From the NCBI GenBank assembly GCA_964016885.1, contig OZ024744.1, positions 67,208,001-67,272,000 on the forward strand: DNA of 64,000 nt. The letters run 5' to 3'. The notes beneath the pieces are model-generated. The model was not told the DNA's origin. It saw only the letters and a program-made list of their open reading frames with translations, and did not search any database. The DNA is from Eledone cirrhosa. Taxonomy: Eukaryota. Shown piece by piece: positions 41,280-53,789 of the stretch. Numbering within the stretch: the first letter of the stretch is position 1; every line of letters begins with the position of its first letter. Both the position numbers and the translations under genes were made by a program.

Positions 41280-43432
41280 AAAAAATAATAATAATGATTT
41301 CATTTATTAGCCACAAGGGCCGACATGTAGGGGACAATACAAAGACAGGGACAGTGGGGGTTTACAATAAGGTCGAGTAAAAGTGCACAATGGCAAGACT
41401 AATTTAACAATGAAGATATAAAAATATAAAATAAACTATGCATAGATATAACAAAATAAATTCCCCGATAGGGCGTGGACGACCCTGGGGTGACTCGTGT
41501 ACCCCACCAATCCTGAACTACCCTGCCCTTCTAGGGCACCCAAGGAGAGCACCCCTCTCCTCAAGTTAGCTAGCCTATAGGCGCATGGTCAGAGTAGGCC
41601 CATTCACACGGGCCATTCTCGCCACATTCACCCACCTTTTAGCAAATGTACTGGGGGGCAGCACTTCTCTCTCCACCCTTACCTTCCTTTCCAGGTGAAA
41701 CTTGAAGAGGGATTGGCCGAAGAGAAAAGTGTCTGTCTTCAGTCCTTTTAATTTGGTCCACCATATAATCTCTTTCGCAACTGCCACCAGACAGAGGAAA
41801 ATGTCCTGCTCTTCCTGACCTAAGGAAGGCGGCGGGTCGATCTTCACTATGGACTCGGCCGATAGTCGGATTCGTTCCACACACGACAGTAGCTGTTCGA
41901 CATAACTCCACAAGTCAGTAATGCACGGACATTAGACAAGTACATGCAGAACGGTTTCGTCGTTCTGTGCGCATCTTGGGCAGGTCCGTCTGACAACACT
42001 TCCGTGCCTGTAAAGTTTATCCCGAACCGGCAGTGCTCCCCGGTAGCACTGCCAAGCGAGGGATTTCTGGAAATTTGCCATCGTCCCGGGTTCGAAAGTC
42101 CTCCGGTACAGACTGGTCAGTTTGACTTCGTCGAGGCCCAAAGCTTCTCCGAGTGCATCATCGCACTTGCCCACCACTAAACCTCTATAGAACTCAAGAG
42201 TGGAAGTTCCACTGATCGCATTGCCCGCTTGATAGAGGCAAGTGAGTGCCTGGCAACATTCCAGGTGCCAGTCACCCAGTCTCGGTTTCTTCTTGTCCCA
42301 GGACTGCAACTCAGTCAAAGAAATGAGCCGCGGAAAGGCCCGTCTGATAAACGGCGACCACACCTGTTCACCGTTTAGGCAGAATATCTGGAGATGTCGC
42401 AGCCTCAACGCATGTCTGCGCATCATTAGCCACGGCATGCCCAACCCTCCGCGTAGAGGGTGCTGGGCAGCAGATGGACCGCCTTACCAACGGAACTTGT
42501 CCCCTCCACAAAAATTTGAAGAGGAGCCGTTCCAACTTGACGAGGCGCGGACGGGGTCAAGGCACAATGGTCAGGCGCTAGTAGATGACGGATGCGATGT
42601 ACGCATTCGCTACCTCCGCGCGACCTTTCAGTGATAGCTTCCTCCCAGCCCATTTTTGGGTGAGACTGACTACTCTGCTCGTTACCTCGTCCCAATTTTT
42701 TTCCACCTGGAGGTCTGGTCCGAACCAAACCCCTAGCAACTTTACGGGTCCGTCCGTCCATCGCCCCACGACGCTGTTGGACGGCATGGGCTTGCCTCTC
42801 CAGGTTCCGAGCTGCAAGCCCACCGACTTTTCCGGGTTAAGTTTGGCTCCTGTCAACCTTTCGTATTCCTTCAATAAGGTGCCGACCACCTCGATTTCTG
42901 AGGTGTTCGACACCATCACGGTGATGTCGTCCGCATAAGCCGACACCGCCCTTCCACGTCCCGGTTCGAGCGGGATGCCCTGCAACAGCTGCAGCTTCCG
43001 CAGTAAAGGCTCGAGAGTCAATACGTACAGAAAGGAAGAGAGAGGGAACCCTTGACGACCGATCGGGAGAGCTGAAATTGTTCCGAGAGGTGGCCATTAC
43101 CCTTGACCACCGAGCGTGTGCCGCTGTGCATTGCAGCGATCAAGCTTCTGAAGACAGGGCGGAAGCCAGCCGCTTTGAAGACAAACTCCAGATACCGATG
43201 GTCGACCCTATCGAATGCTTTCGATTGATCTAAATTGATCAGTGCCCCACCGAAGCCAGGTTTACACCCTACCTTCTCTATGATGTATCGCATGAGGTGG
43301 AGATTGTCGTGTATGGACCTGGCTGGGATTGCGCAAGTTTGCGCCTCCCCAACCAAATCCTCGACGACAAGCGACAATCTCTTTACTAACACCTTGGCCA
43401 AAATCTTAAACTCTGTGTTGAGCAGAGTAATA
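41280..43432 (-). mobile_element. 5'-truncated, frameshifted Tx1/L1-group LINE (RT + C-terminal Cys motif)
   Basis: Fragments ITLLNTEFKILAK, QTCAIPARSIHDN, LDQSKAFDRVDH, SAYADDITV, KLLGVWF, RKLSLKGRA, CPRC…ETVLH across four ORF pieces (43018-43430, 42578-43021, 41932-42444, 41575-41913); AATAAA then (ATT)n 3' end near 41285-41310. Confidence 0.85.
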
Positions 43433-43475
43433 ATAAAAATGTTCGGAGATAATGCTCCTTCTCCCCACCTCCAAC

Positions 43476-43715
43476 TACATACACACACACATGAACACAC
43501 ACGCACACATATACACGAACACACACACACTTACGCACACACGAACACACATACACACACACACACGCACATACAGACACATACACAAACACACATACGC
43601 ACACACGAACACACACATACACACACACACACAAACATACACACACACATACACGAACACACACACATACGCACACACGAACACACACACATATACACAC
43701 ACATACACGAACACA

Positions 43716-43765
<50 letters not shown>

Positions 43766-44020
43766 AACACACACACACACATACACGCACACACATATGC
43801 ACACACGCACACACACACACATGCACTCACATGCTGCTTCTCCCCGCCTACATATACACACTAATACACATACACACACATGCATACACGCACACGCGCA
43901 CACACATGCAGACGCATACTGATTCTCCCCGCCTACACACACACACATACACACGCGCACACACATACACATATACATACATACACACATACACACGCAC
44001 ACACGCTCACACATACACAT

Positions 44021-44070
<50 letters not shown>
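43476..44070. repeat. (CA)n/(TA)n compound microsatellite
   Basis: Direct inspection. Confidence 0.92.
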
Positions 44071-44071
<1 letters not shown>

Positions 44072-44438
44072 AACGCTCATACTGACATTCTCCTTTTTCA
44101 ATTTACTAAAAGATGTTTAATAATTTTTAAATTCATTCATAATTCTCAGTGTTTATCGTTATATTAGCCACATCCATTATATTTAATATATATATATATC
44201 ATACTTACATATTTATATATATATATATTTGTTTTGCAAGGTTTTTGATATGAAATCGTGTGTCGAAACAAATATTGTTTTACTTGGGGAGGTCATATTG
44301 TTGTAATATAACACACTCACTGTTTCGTTGGTTTTTGCTTCTGTATCTTTTATATCTCCATAGTTAATTTATTTGGCAATCAATGTTTACCATTGATTGA
44401 CCAGCGGTTAAAAATACAAATATAAATATATATATATA

Positions 44439-45540
44439 GTCTATCAAAGTTATTTCGTCGCACATCTGCAACATCATCAGTGGTACTATTATGTTTTCTC
44501 CTATTGTAAATTTGTGAACTTGGTAGCTGCTTTGTGCCTGCAGAAAATTGAGCTTAACAGCAAAAAATCAATTTTCTGTAGGCACAAAGCAGCTACCAAG
44601 TTCACACATTTCAAACCAATATGATTCGACCCAGCAATGTCAAAATTCGAGCTGAAGCACCTGGATTTTAATGTACGGAGTACATACCACCACACTGTTA
44701 TTAGCTGTAAACTGACCGACTGGTCACTAGATCAACATCATGAATCTCCTAAACTTTCTTTCACTCTCTCTCCCTAAAGCCACATCCACCCCATTAAGAT
44801 AAGACAATCAGCGTGCTAAACATTTAACACACACACATATCAAAATCCCCCTTCCTCGTCCTTAGCCCTACCCCTTATGTCTCATTCTCGTCTCTCACTT
44901 AATTTTTAATTTATTGTTTTTTATCTTTTATCTGTCATTTGTTACTACTTCTTATTCTCTAATTCTGACCCTCTGAGATTTGACCACCACGTATGTATGT
45001 ATCTAATGTTGCTTTTCATGTTAGTATTACCTCGACCCTCACATCTTTATACATACACTTACTCACTATTATCGACTATCGTATTCTATACTTATATTTT
45101 TTACTTTTTACCTCTGTAACTTCTTTACCTCTTTATTATTATATTTTATTATTGATGTTATTGTTTTGATTCTACGCTGTATGTATATATACCATTGTCA
45201 TATGTAAAATCCCTAGTATTCTGATGATTTGATCAGAAGCAAACACTGTATTTAAGGTCGAGTGACGCAGCTTCAAGTGATTAGCGGCCTTTAGACTCAC
45301 CTGATCAATGAAACAATTGTTAATACTTGAGATAAAACCCCTTGTTGTACAGCCGACCATGTTATTCTTCAATCTTTCACTAGTATAACCAAGTATAACC
45401 TACATAGGAATTCTCGCGAACTCGCTACCTAACTATGGAAACATCTTGTTGAGTCAAACTAAGCCGTACGTTAAAACTATCCACAATACAAAGTACTCAC
45501 AACCTCTAACTGGATTACCTATAACGATAACTTGTTATCC
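44439..45540 (+). mobile_element. Probable Penelope-like element terminal (pLTR) remnant
   Basis: Non-coding block bounded by (TA)n on both sides, containing a hammerhead motif and a 39-bp inverted repeat; family assignment inferred from the ribozyme. Confidence 0.45.
45215..45327 (+). ncRNA. Type I hammerhead ribozyme (variant, long stem II)
   Basis: Stem I AGUAUU(45215-20)/AAUACU(45322-27); CUGAUGA 45221-27; stem II UUGAUCAG(45229-36)/CUGAUCAA(45301-08); GAAA 45310-13; palindromic stem III CAAUUG; GUU cleavage triplet 45319-21. Confidence 0.75.
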
Positions 45541-45557
45541 CATATATATATATATAT

Positions 45558-45653
45558 ATGGAGATTTACTCATCTGCAGTGTCGAGGCTTCCAAACGACT
45601 TAAATAAATTTACCTTATTATTCCACAATGCTTCAAGCAAACTTCAATACTCT

Positions 45654-45656
<3 letters not shown>
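45558..45656 (+). repeat. ~100-bp dispersed repeat, copy A
   Basis: Diverged reverse-complement copy at 55707-55806; both abut microsatellites. Confidence 0.8.
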
Positions 45657-45731
<75 letters not shown>

Positions 45732-45734
45732 TAC

Positions 45735-45815
<81 letters not shown>
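45657..45815. repeat. (TA)n microsatellite
   Basis: Direct inspection. Confidence 0.97.
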
Positions 45816-45817
<2 letters not shown>

Positions 45818-45881
45818 AGACGTAAGATAAGAAAATTATAAAATTATAAAAAAAATTATAAAATTGACTTACTAAAATATC

Positions 45882-45963
45882 ACTTCCAACTAATTAGTTT
45901 CTGGAATGGAGTAAATATATTTTCCGAAGAATATATGGAAAAGCATTCCGTCGTCAGGAAAGT
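45882..45963 (-). ncRNA. Type I hammerhead ribozyme, downstream copy
   Basis: Minus strand ACUUUC-CUGACGA-C-GGAAUG…(cUUCGg hairpin)…CAUUCC-A-GAAA-CUAAUUAG-UU-GGAAGU; 6-bp stems I and II, palindromic stem III, GUU triplet. Confidence 0.8.
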
Positions 45964-46420
45964 CTATTTTCATGTAAGTCTCCAGGCATAGCGAGGACTC
46001 TGGAAACTTATTAAAAAAATAATTCAGTGGAAAGGAAATAGCGAAGCGTGGACTGAAATCCTAGCCATTGAGAAAATCACTGCCTCTACGTCTGTGGCAA
46101 ATTCAAAAAGAATCAATCACGTGACATCGAGGTCAATCAGTGGAAAGCGAGTTGTTAATAAGACAGCGGCCTGCCTACTACTATAGCAGCAGTCATGGCC
46201 AATATTGCTCGACAAATGAATTGGAGATAATTATAAAGAATTTATATCTAGTAACATTTATATACATACAGATGCATATCAATGCTAGCAAATATATAGG
46301 TTTTGTCTTAGTAACATTGTGGTTCAATGCATGGGGTTGCAGAACAATAATATGAGAGACGTAAGATAAGAAAATTATAAAATTATAAAAAAAATTATAA
46401 AATTGACTTACTAAAATATC

Positions 46421-46502
46421 ACTTCCAACTAATTAGTTTCTGGAATGGAGTAAATATATTTTCCGAAGAATATATGGAAAAGCATTCCGTCGTCAGGAAA
46501 GT
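46421..46502 (-). ncRNA. Type I hammerhead ribozyme, upstream copy
   Basis: Identical to 45882-45963, offset 539 bp. Confidence 0.8.
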
Positions 46503-46679
46503 CTATTTTCATCTAAGTCTCCAGGCATAGCGAGGACTCTGGAAACTTATTAAAAAAATAATTCAGTGGAAAGGAAATAGCGAAGCGTGGACTGAAATCC
46601 TAGCCATTGAGAAAATCACTGCCTCTACGTCTGTGGCAAATTCAAAAAGAATCAATCACGTGACATCGAGGTCAATCAC

Positions 46680-46773
46680 ATATAAGATCAAAAGATGGTT
46701 AAAAGTGTTCCATGTATTTTATAAAATTTTATAAAATACATGGAACTCTTTTAACCATCTTTTGATCTTATAT
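46680..46773. repeat. Palindrome, 47-bp arms, no spacer, one mismatch
   Basis: atataagatcaaaagatggttaaaagtgttccatgtattttataaaa followed directly by its reverse complement. Confidence 0.93.
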
Positions 46774-46837
46774 ATTATATATATATATATATATAAATCT
46801 ACATACATATATATATATATAAATATACATACATACA

Positions 46838-47445
46838 TGCTGGCTACCAACTCGTTTTCGAGTACGGCCACTACTTTATATCCATGTAGGAGAACCCCTA
46901 CCGATGCGCTAAACAAGTGTGACTTTTAGTCCAGCCAGCGACTTGAAAACTCTGGTACAAACACTACACTTGTGACAATTATTGACACATAGTGCTGGGC
47001 ACATGGCACCATGTGACGACAAGTGCAGAGAGATCTCCAGATATAAAGCAATGCCTGTGCCGTGAAGCTTTTATAGTGAGCAAAGGCATTGCACAAAGCC
47101 AGTCCCATTCTCTTAACCAAGATGATATTTACCAAAACGAAGAACAAGTCAACATCATTGGATACCATCAGGGTTGCAGGTGTTATATCAGAGTTTTCCT
47201 TCTCCTAGAATTCTGCCTTGACAAAGGCTAAGGGGTCATCTCTCCCGGTGATTTTGGATGGCCATTGACTCTTAAGAGCTCCTTTGCCCTTTGACAGGTT
47301 TTGTTTTTAGTCCTGCAGGATGTCCAAAGTCACCCTCCTCACCAAGAAACCTTGGTGGGGTTGCGAGTTTAGTCGCCAACGACCCGATCATGAGACAGGT
47401 TGTACTGGGATACATGTTACCAGTAGCACCAACTGGTGACCTTAC
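46838..47445 (-). mobile_element. Non-coding retroelement fragment, likely RTE-type 5' UTR
   Basis: Minus-strand TCTAGGAGAAGGAAAACTCTGA motif reminiscent of RTE 5' leaders; homologous diverged pieces at 54222-54500 and 56365-56860. Confidence 0.5.
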
Positions 47446-47796
<351 letters not shown>

Positions 47797-47799
47797 CAT

Positions 47800-48045
47800 G
47801 CAGTATGACAAGAAGCTTGTTTCCCAACTACATATTTCTGGGTTCAGTCCCACTGCCCGGGCCGACCAAAGCCCTGTGAGTGGATTTGATAGATCGAAAC
47901 TAAAAGAAGCCCGTCGTATATATGTATATATGTCTGTCTGTGTCTTTGCGTTTGTGTTTGCCCTGGTTTGTTGACGTCCCCATAACTTACCAAGGTGATG
48001 CTCCAGCATGGGCGTAGTACAGAGACAGAAAAAAAGTAAAATATA
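47800..48045 (+). mobile_element. Internally deleted tRNA-related SINE
   Basis: B-box-like GGGTTCAGTCCC; body gccgaccaaagccctgtgagtggatttg…aaagaagcccgtcg; A-rich end; resembles abundant octopus SINEs (recognition, not searched). Confidence 0.6.
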
Positions 48046-48046
48046 C

Positions 48047-48115
<69 letters not shown>

Positions 48116-48116
48116 A

Positions 48117-48521
48117 GAGGGGTCTCAAACTCAAGGACACAAAAGGGCTATTACGTCCTGGAGGAGAGGCACAGTGGGCCAAACGTGGTGGTGGGTGAAC
48201 ATTTTCACCAGTTATAATCATTTCTACTATAGGAACAAGGCTTGAAATTTGGGGTTTAGGGTTCAGTCGATTGCATCGATCCTAGTACACAACTGGTACT
48301 TAATTCATCGACCCCAAAAGGATGTAAGGCAAAGTTGAGATCGGCGGAATTTGAACTCAGAACGTAAAAACGGAAGTAGTACCGCTAAGCATTTCGCTAG
48401 ATGTGCTAACGATTCCACCAGCTCGCCGCCTTATTTTCACCAGGTATAATGCGATATGAAATATTGGTTCTACCACGGGCCCCAGATAAGTAGTTCGCGG
48501 GCCGCATGTTTGAGCCCCCTG
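48117..48521. mobile_element. hAT-Charlie-like MITE interrupted by a SINE
   Basis: Imperfect TIRs gaggggtctcaaac (48117) and gtttgagccccctg (48521); subterminal gcgggccgca; flanking 8-mers gtgtagaa/ttggagat match 5/8. Confidence 0.55.
48222..48432 (-). mobile_element. tRNA-derived SINE, near full length
   Basis: Minus strand GGCGGCGAGCTGGTGGAATCGTTAG (A box) … GAGTTCAAATTCC (B box), then core catccttttggggtcgatgaattaagtaccag. Confidence 0.8.
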
Positions 48522-49269
48522 TTGGAGATAAATAGATAGATAGATAGATAGACGTGTACCAAACACACACACATTTCTTACTCTCTCTGTCCTACCCTCT
48601 TTGTCTCTTCATTTATATATATGTGTGTGTGTGTGGAGCGTTGTTATTTGGCGTTGTTGAAAAGAGCAGTGGCCTTCCACCTGGCAATAAAAAACTGTAG
48701 ACAAAATTCTTTCTGTACCCAAACCAAGGCACACACACACACACAAGTTTTTGTGTGTGTATGTATGTGTGTGTGAGTGTGTGTGTGTGTTTGTGTGCGT
48801 GCGCGTCTATGTGTGTTTGTGTGTGTCTGTGTATCTTTTTATGTATATATATATATAAGGGATACAAATACTACTTTCTCACTGTCTCCAAGCTTCTTAA
48901 TTCATTCGTTGCTAAGTATTTTATTTTGCTAAGAGGTATTTTATTTTGCAAGGTACTATTTTTCCCCTGAGTTTGTGATTTCAGAGAAAGATAAGAAATT
49001 CTTCATATTTTACATCTTTTGTATTTTGACTTTACAGTTTGAATTGTAGAATTGTTTATCCAATCAAAATATTACAACAGCTAACAGTGAAATATCGAAT
49101 TTAAAAAAAAGCTTTTTCGACTGAAATCAAGTCTTTGAGAACATTCACGTCTATTTTTCAAAAATATATAATTTGAAATAGTTTGCTTTTGTTTTGGACT
49201 GAAACTTTTTTTGTATTTAATTCGTACGGGTATTTTTTAAAGATCTTTTTAAAGATTCTAACATAACTT

Positions 49270-50416
49270 GATTTGGCCCATTACGTGCACTGCGGCATTC
49301 ATATTTCTCAACTTATTATAACTAAGTCCATACAAGAAGCTTCACTTATCAAAACTGTTCTAGATTACGTGAATGAATTGCGGAAACTATATAGTACATC
49401 AGGGAAATTTAAGCAAGCGTATTTATCGCAACATGATGAAGAAAATTAAGTATCGTCACCACGCTACTTAACACCTGTGGGCCCTACTCGATGGCTAACA
49501 CGACATTCTGTAGTCAAAGCCCTTCTTGACAATTATTCAAATGTCCCTATTTCTTTACGAGAGGCAACAAATGAATTTGGCACCAATATTGCATCCAGAG
49601 CTAATGTTATTCTTACGTGTCACTCTCCGGGCCAATGTGTTCTTGGATTGCACGTTGTAGTTCCATTACTTCAATTCCTTGAAGGATTGAACAAATATTT
49701 TCAAAGTACCACCTTCAATCTAGGTAGCATGTTGCATAGTGTCAAACTGGTGCAGGAGGAGCTAAAAAATCTACGCAGTGAAGAAAAATTTCAGGAGCTG
49801 TTCAATACAGCAGAAAAAATAATTTGTCAACTCGATATTTCTCCTTTGGAGCTACCCAGGCAACGAAAAGTTCCTAAAAGATACCAGGAAGGAAATGCGT
49901 TAAAATATCAACACTGCACTGCTTTGGATCATTACAGAGTGCAGTATTTGCAGGTAGCGGATACTGCAATATCAAATTTGAAAGATTTTTTTTTTTTCAC
50001 AGGATTTAGCAGATTATGAAAAACTGAGTGATCATACAGTATCCAGAACTTGATGAATTTTCTTTAAGGAACGAAATACTTTTTTATAGAAATCATCATA
50101 GTGGATCATCTCTCGAGGATCATCGTAAAATATTCGGTGAAATGCAACCAGATGTCCGTCGCATGTTCTAAATGTTGAGCGATTGCTCAGGCTACTTTTA
50201 ATGTTTCCAACCAGTTCTTGTGAAGCTGAAAGATCTTTTAGCGCCCTGCAGAGACTCAAAACTTGGTTGCGATCGACCATGACTCAGCAAAGGTTGTATC
50301 ATATTCTAATATGCCACGTTCATAAAGATGTTTTGAAAAAGATTAGTTGTGCAGAAGCTGCTAAATTATTTATTGACAGCAATGATGCGAGATATGATAC
50401 ATTTGGAAAGTTCTAA
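49270..50416 (+). pseudogene. hAT transposase relic (ZMYM1-like), C-terminal half
   Basis: YVHC-x-x-H motif (~49282), PTRW, hAT dimerisation motif PTSSCEAERSFSALQRLKTWLRSTMTQQRL; stops and frameshifts; possible right end gagacccctg at 50671. Confidence 0.85.
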
Positions 50417-51422
50417 ACGACAATAAATTTACTTTATATGATTTTTATTCAAACGTCTATGTTTTATTTTTTGTTTATTTGATATAATAAATACTTTTTA
50501 AGCTTATTTTTTTTAATATTTGAACTTCATTTGAATATATAAAATTTAATTAGCGTAAAGAAATGTTTGCTTATGTGATAGGGTTCAGGAAAGACACCAT
50601 AAGTAATACTAAAATGCTCCAACAAATGTTGGTTTGTCCCCTTCACATTTTAAAGGCAAACGAGACCCCTGGAAAAGAGCAACATTATCCTTGAATTGAA
50701 TTCACTTACCCGTTCATCACCGTGATCGGCTTGACCTCGGTACTTCAGCTCATTCTTACTAACATTTGGTTTGCTTGACCCCATCTTCTCTTCATTGCAT
50801 TACCGCATCATTTATTCTATAACTAGGTTGTTGCTATTTCTATATAAACTGACTGTTTATACTACGATCAAGTCTTGTTATAGCCTTGGGCTTAAGGAAG
50901 TGCTCGTGTAGTCTTCAACAGTCATCCATTATAATTGCAGCACCATTACAAGAATATCACAGTGGTGCATTAAGGTAAGGGCGATAATTTGAGTAACTCT
51001 AACTAATAAGTAATGTCTTAACTTAGTATTATCGCGTCTTATCACTACGTGCTTAATTGATGAATTCCATTTTAAAATAGCACATTACTAGTCATTCTTG
51101 CATTAAGTTCTATTGAACTCGTTGCCTCGTTGGTCCTTTATTGAGTCTGCCACCTTAATTCCCTCAAGCTAAGTTATTACTATTCCTACATGAAAGACTG
51201 GTTAATCTTCATATATAACTTGTCTCGACTTGGTTAATTAATGACAGTATTTGTGTTTTTCATTGCAGTTTTGTTTATTACAAAGTGTTATTCCAGAACA
51301 TTACTTGAAACTTTATCATAATGGAACAGGACTCATTAGAGTAAGTTCCTTATACATAATTTTATAGGCTTATATAGGCAAATCTTTGCGTAACTTTACC
51401 AAACACATTCGCTAAACAGAAA

Positions 51423-53192
51423 ATGGCCTCTGCATTGAAGAAAAAATGCAGGCAGTACAGTATTGATTACTTACGGTTCGGATTCATCCCATCGCCGTCG
51501 AACCACCTGTCACCCATGTGTTTAATTTGCAAGGAGTCCTTTTCGAATGAGGCGATGAAGCCATCGCGTTTGAGTAAACACCTGGAGGTGAGGCACCCCG
51601 ATAAGAGACATAAAGATTTAGCATACTTTCAGTCTCTTAGGGACCAATTCCAGAAAACAACACTAATTTCTTCTGCCTTTTCAAAAGTTGAAGCTTCAAA
51701 TGTTGATGGACTTGTCGCATCTTACAATATTGCCAACATAATCGCAAAGTGTGGCAAGCCCCATTCCTTGGGTGAAACATTGGTAGCCCCTGTCATCTCA
51801 GAAGTTCTTTCAACAGTACTACGCCAGAACCCGTTAAAGACCTTGAAATGTATTCCGTTGAGTAACGACTCAATAAAGAGACGCATCGACGAAATGGCGG
51901 AAAATGTTGAACAAAAATTATGCAACATCTTGAAATCGATACAATTTGCTTTGCAACTTGATGAAAGCACACTTTCCGGGAATCAGTCCTTACGTGCGAT
52001 TTTTCCACCAAAACGAAATGCACGAGGAGCTTCTCTTCACTCTGAATCTAGCCACAGATACTAAAGGTGCCACCATCTTTGAATCTGTCAAGGGATACTT
52101 CGAAGAAAAAGAGATACCTCTTAACAATATTGTATCATGTGCTACGGACGGCGCATGAGCAATGGTCGGCCAGCATAAGGGTTTCGTCTCTCTTCTGAAG
52201 AGGGAAAATCCATCTGTATTTGCTGTTCATTGTGTCATTCATCGACAATACATGGCTGCGAAGAAACTCAGCGAGCCACTGAGCAAGTCTTTGCAGGTAG
52301 CCATTGATGTCATCAATTACATCAAACGCCATGCCCTCAATGAACGAATTTTCCGGCAACTGTGCGAAGATAATGACGAAGAATTCGTCGAGTTGCTCCT
52401 TCATACTGAAGTGAGGTGGCTTTCAAAGGGCAAGTGCCTTACTCGCTTCTTTGAACTCTTCGACTCTATCATTGCGTTTCTTCGAGGACGCAACACAGAA
52501 CTGTATAAAAAAAACCCGATGTGAAGCAAGACTGCGCCTACCTCGCCGACATCTTTGACAAATGCAATAGCCTCATTATGGCTTTGCAGGAGGAGAAGAT
52601 CACCTTGTTTAAAGCAAGGAATGCTGTGAAAATATTCCTGGCCAAATTGAAAGTCACCGAAAGGAATCTTTGTCGACGGGAATTCTATAATTTTCCTAGT
52701 GTCGCCAATGTTCAAAACATTGTGAGCGATGACCAACTCCAAATTTATACCGCTCACCTCCGTGCACTACAATACAACATGAGAGAACGGTTTGTCGACC
52801 TTTTGCAGATGGACATCCCAATATGGATAGCAGATCCCTTCATAGCTAACGTCGACGATTTCGACGATAAATTTCAGGAAGAATTAATTGAACTTCAGAC
52901 AGATGACATTATCAAAATTAGATTTCCCAAAATAGGTGAATCCCTTTTTTGGATGCAAGAGGAAATTCAGCGTCGATTTCCACTCCTACATGCAGAGGCT
53001 AAGAGATTTGCTCTGCCTTTTCCTAGCTCATACTTAGTCGAGAGGGGGTTTGGCGTTGTTTCCAGACTGCATAGTAAGGCTCGGAACCGCTACAATGTGA
53101 TTGCACGTGGAGATCTCCGGCTACAGCTCACGAAAATCCAGCCTGGCGTCAAAGAGTTAGCTAAACTCCATGAAGTTCAAGGATCCCATTGA
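51423..53192 (+). pseudogene. hAT Charlie/Buster transposase (SCAND3/ZBED5/FAM200-like), disrupted
   Basis: BED finger RQY…YLRFGF…CLIC…MKPSRLSKHL…H; ALQLDEST; ATDGA*AM; HCVIHRQ; LLLHTEVRWLSKG; FPSSYLVERGF; two frameshifts and one stop. Confidence 0.92.
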
Positions 53193-53711
53193 TACGAGGT
53201 CAAAGTAAGTCGATTTTTTATTTGAGTTGCAGTCTGACTGGACTGGAAACAATCTACCACAATTCACTTACTCATTTATTGTATATATTTTACCGTTTAC
53301 TAATGAATGTACCCTCTTACGTGGTCATGAAAACCCTCTTGCGTGATCTCTAAGTTCACAAAGCGGAGGGGACATCAAGTTAGATATCAACATTTATTCT
53401 GTCCGTTTCATTAAAGGGAAAATTGGAAAGCGTTGAAATAATACAATTGCCACCTCTTCCAGATAAGAGCACTCTTTGTATAAATGTTCAAAATAGCTGG
53501 TATCACCTGTTGGGAATATAACAAATTCAACTGGTCCTTATTCATAAAAAAGAACATTTATGTTCCTTTTTTTTAAATTTATATACTTCCTTTCAAGGAA
53601 TGTATTTATACTTTCAACTGCCTGCAATGGTATCTTTGGAATATCGTTAATCAATTTTTTAGTAATCTATTGATATCAAAATCAGTAGTATATTGAAAAA
53701 TGGAAAAATAG

Positions 53712-53789
53712 GGTAGGGGGGCGTTTCGTGATTTTGAGGGGAAAAAGGGGGCGTTTGGACGAAATGGGCTGAGAGCCTTTGGATTAGAC
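53712..53789 (+). mobile_element. Probable right terminus and target site of the Buster element
   Basis: G-rich subterminal repeats (ggggggcgttt x2), degenerate TIR ggctgagagcctttg ending 53781, then GATTAGAC fitting the NNNTANNN Buster target; left TIR not found. Confidence 0.45.

Larger units (their letters stand above)
45816..46678 (-). mobile_element. 539-bp-period partial tandem repeat carrying two hammerheads (retrozyme/Penelope pLTR-like)
   Basis: 45816-46139 recurs at 46355-46678 with one substitution seen (45974 G vs 46513 C); each copy contains a minus-strand hammerhead; no meaningful ORF. Confidence 0.75.

Noticed and set aside
48117-50671. Single hAT element from the 48117 TIR to gagacccctg at 50671
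   Set aside because: Flanking 8-mers do not match, and the 48117 TIR already has a closer partner at 48521
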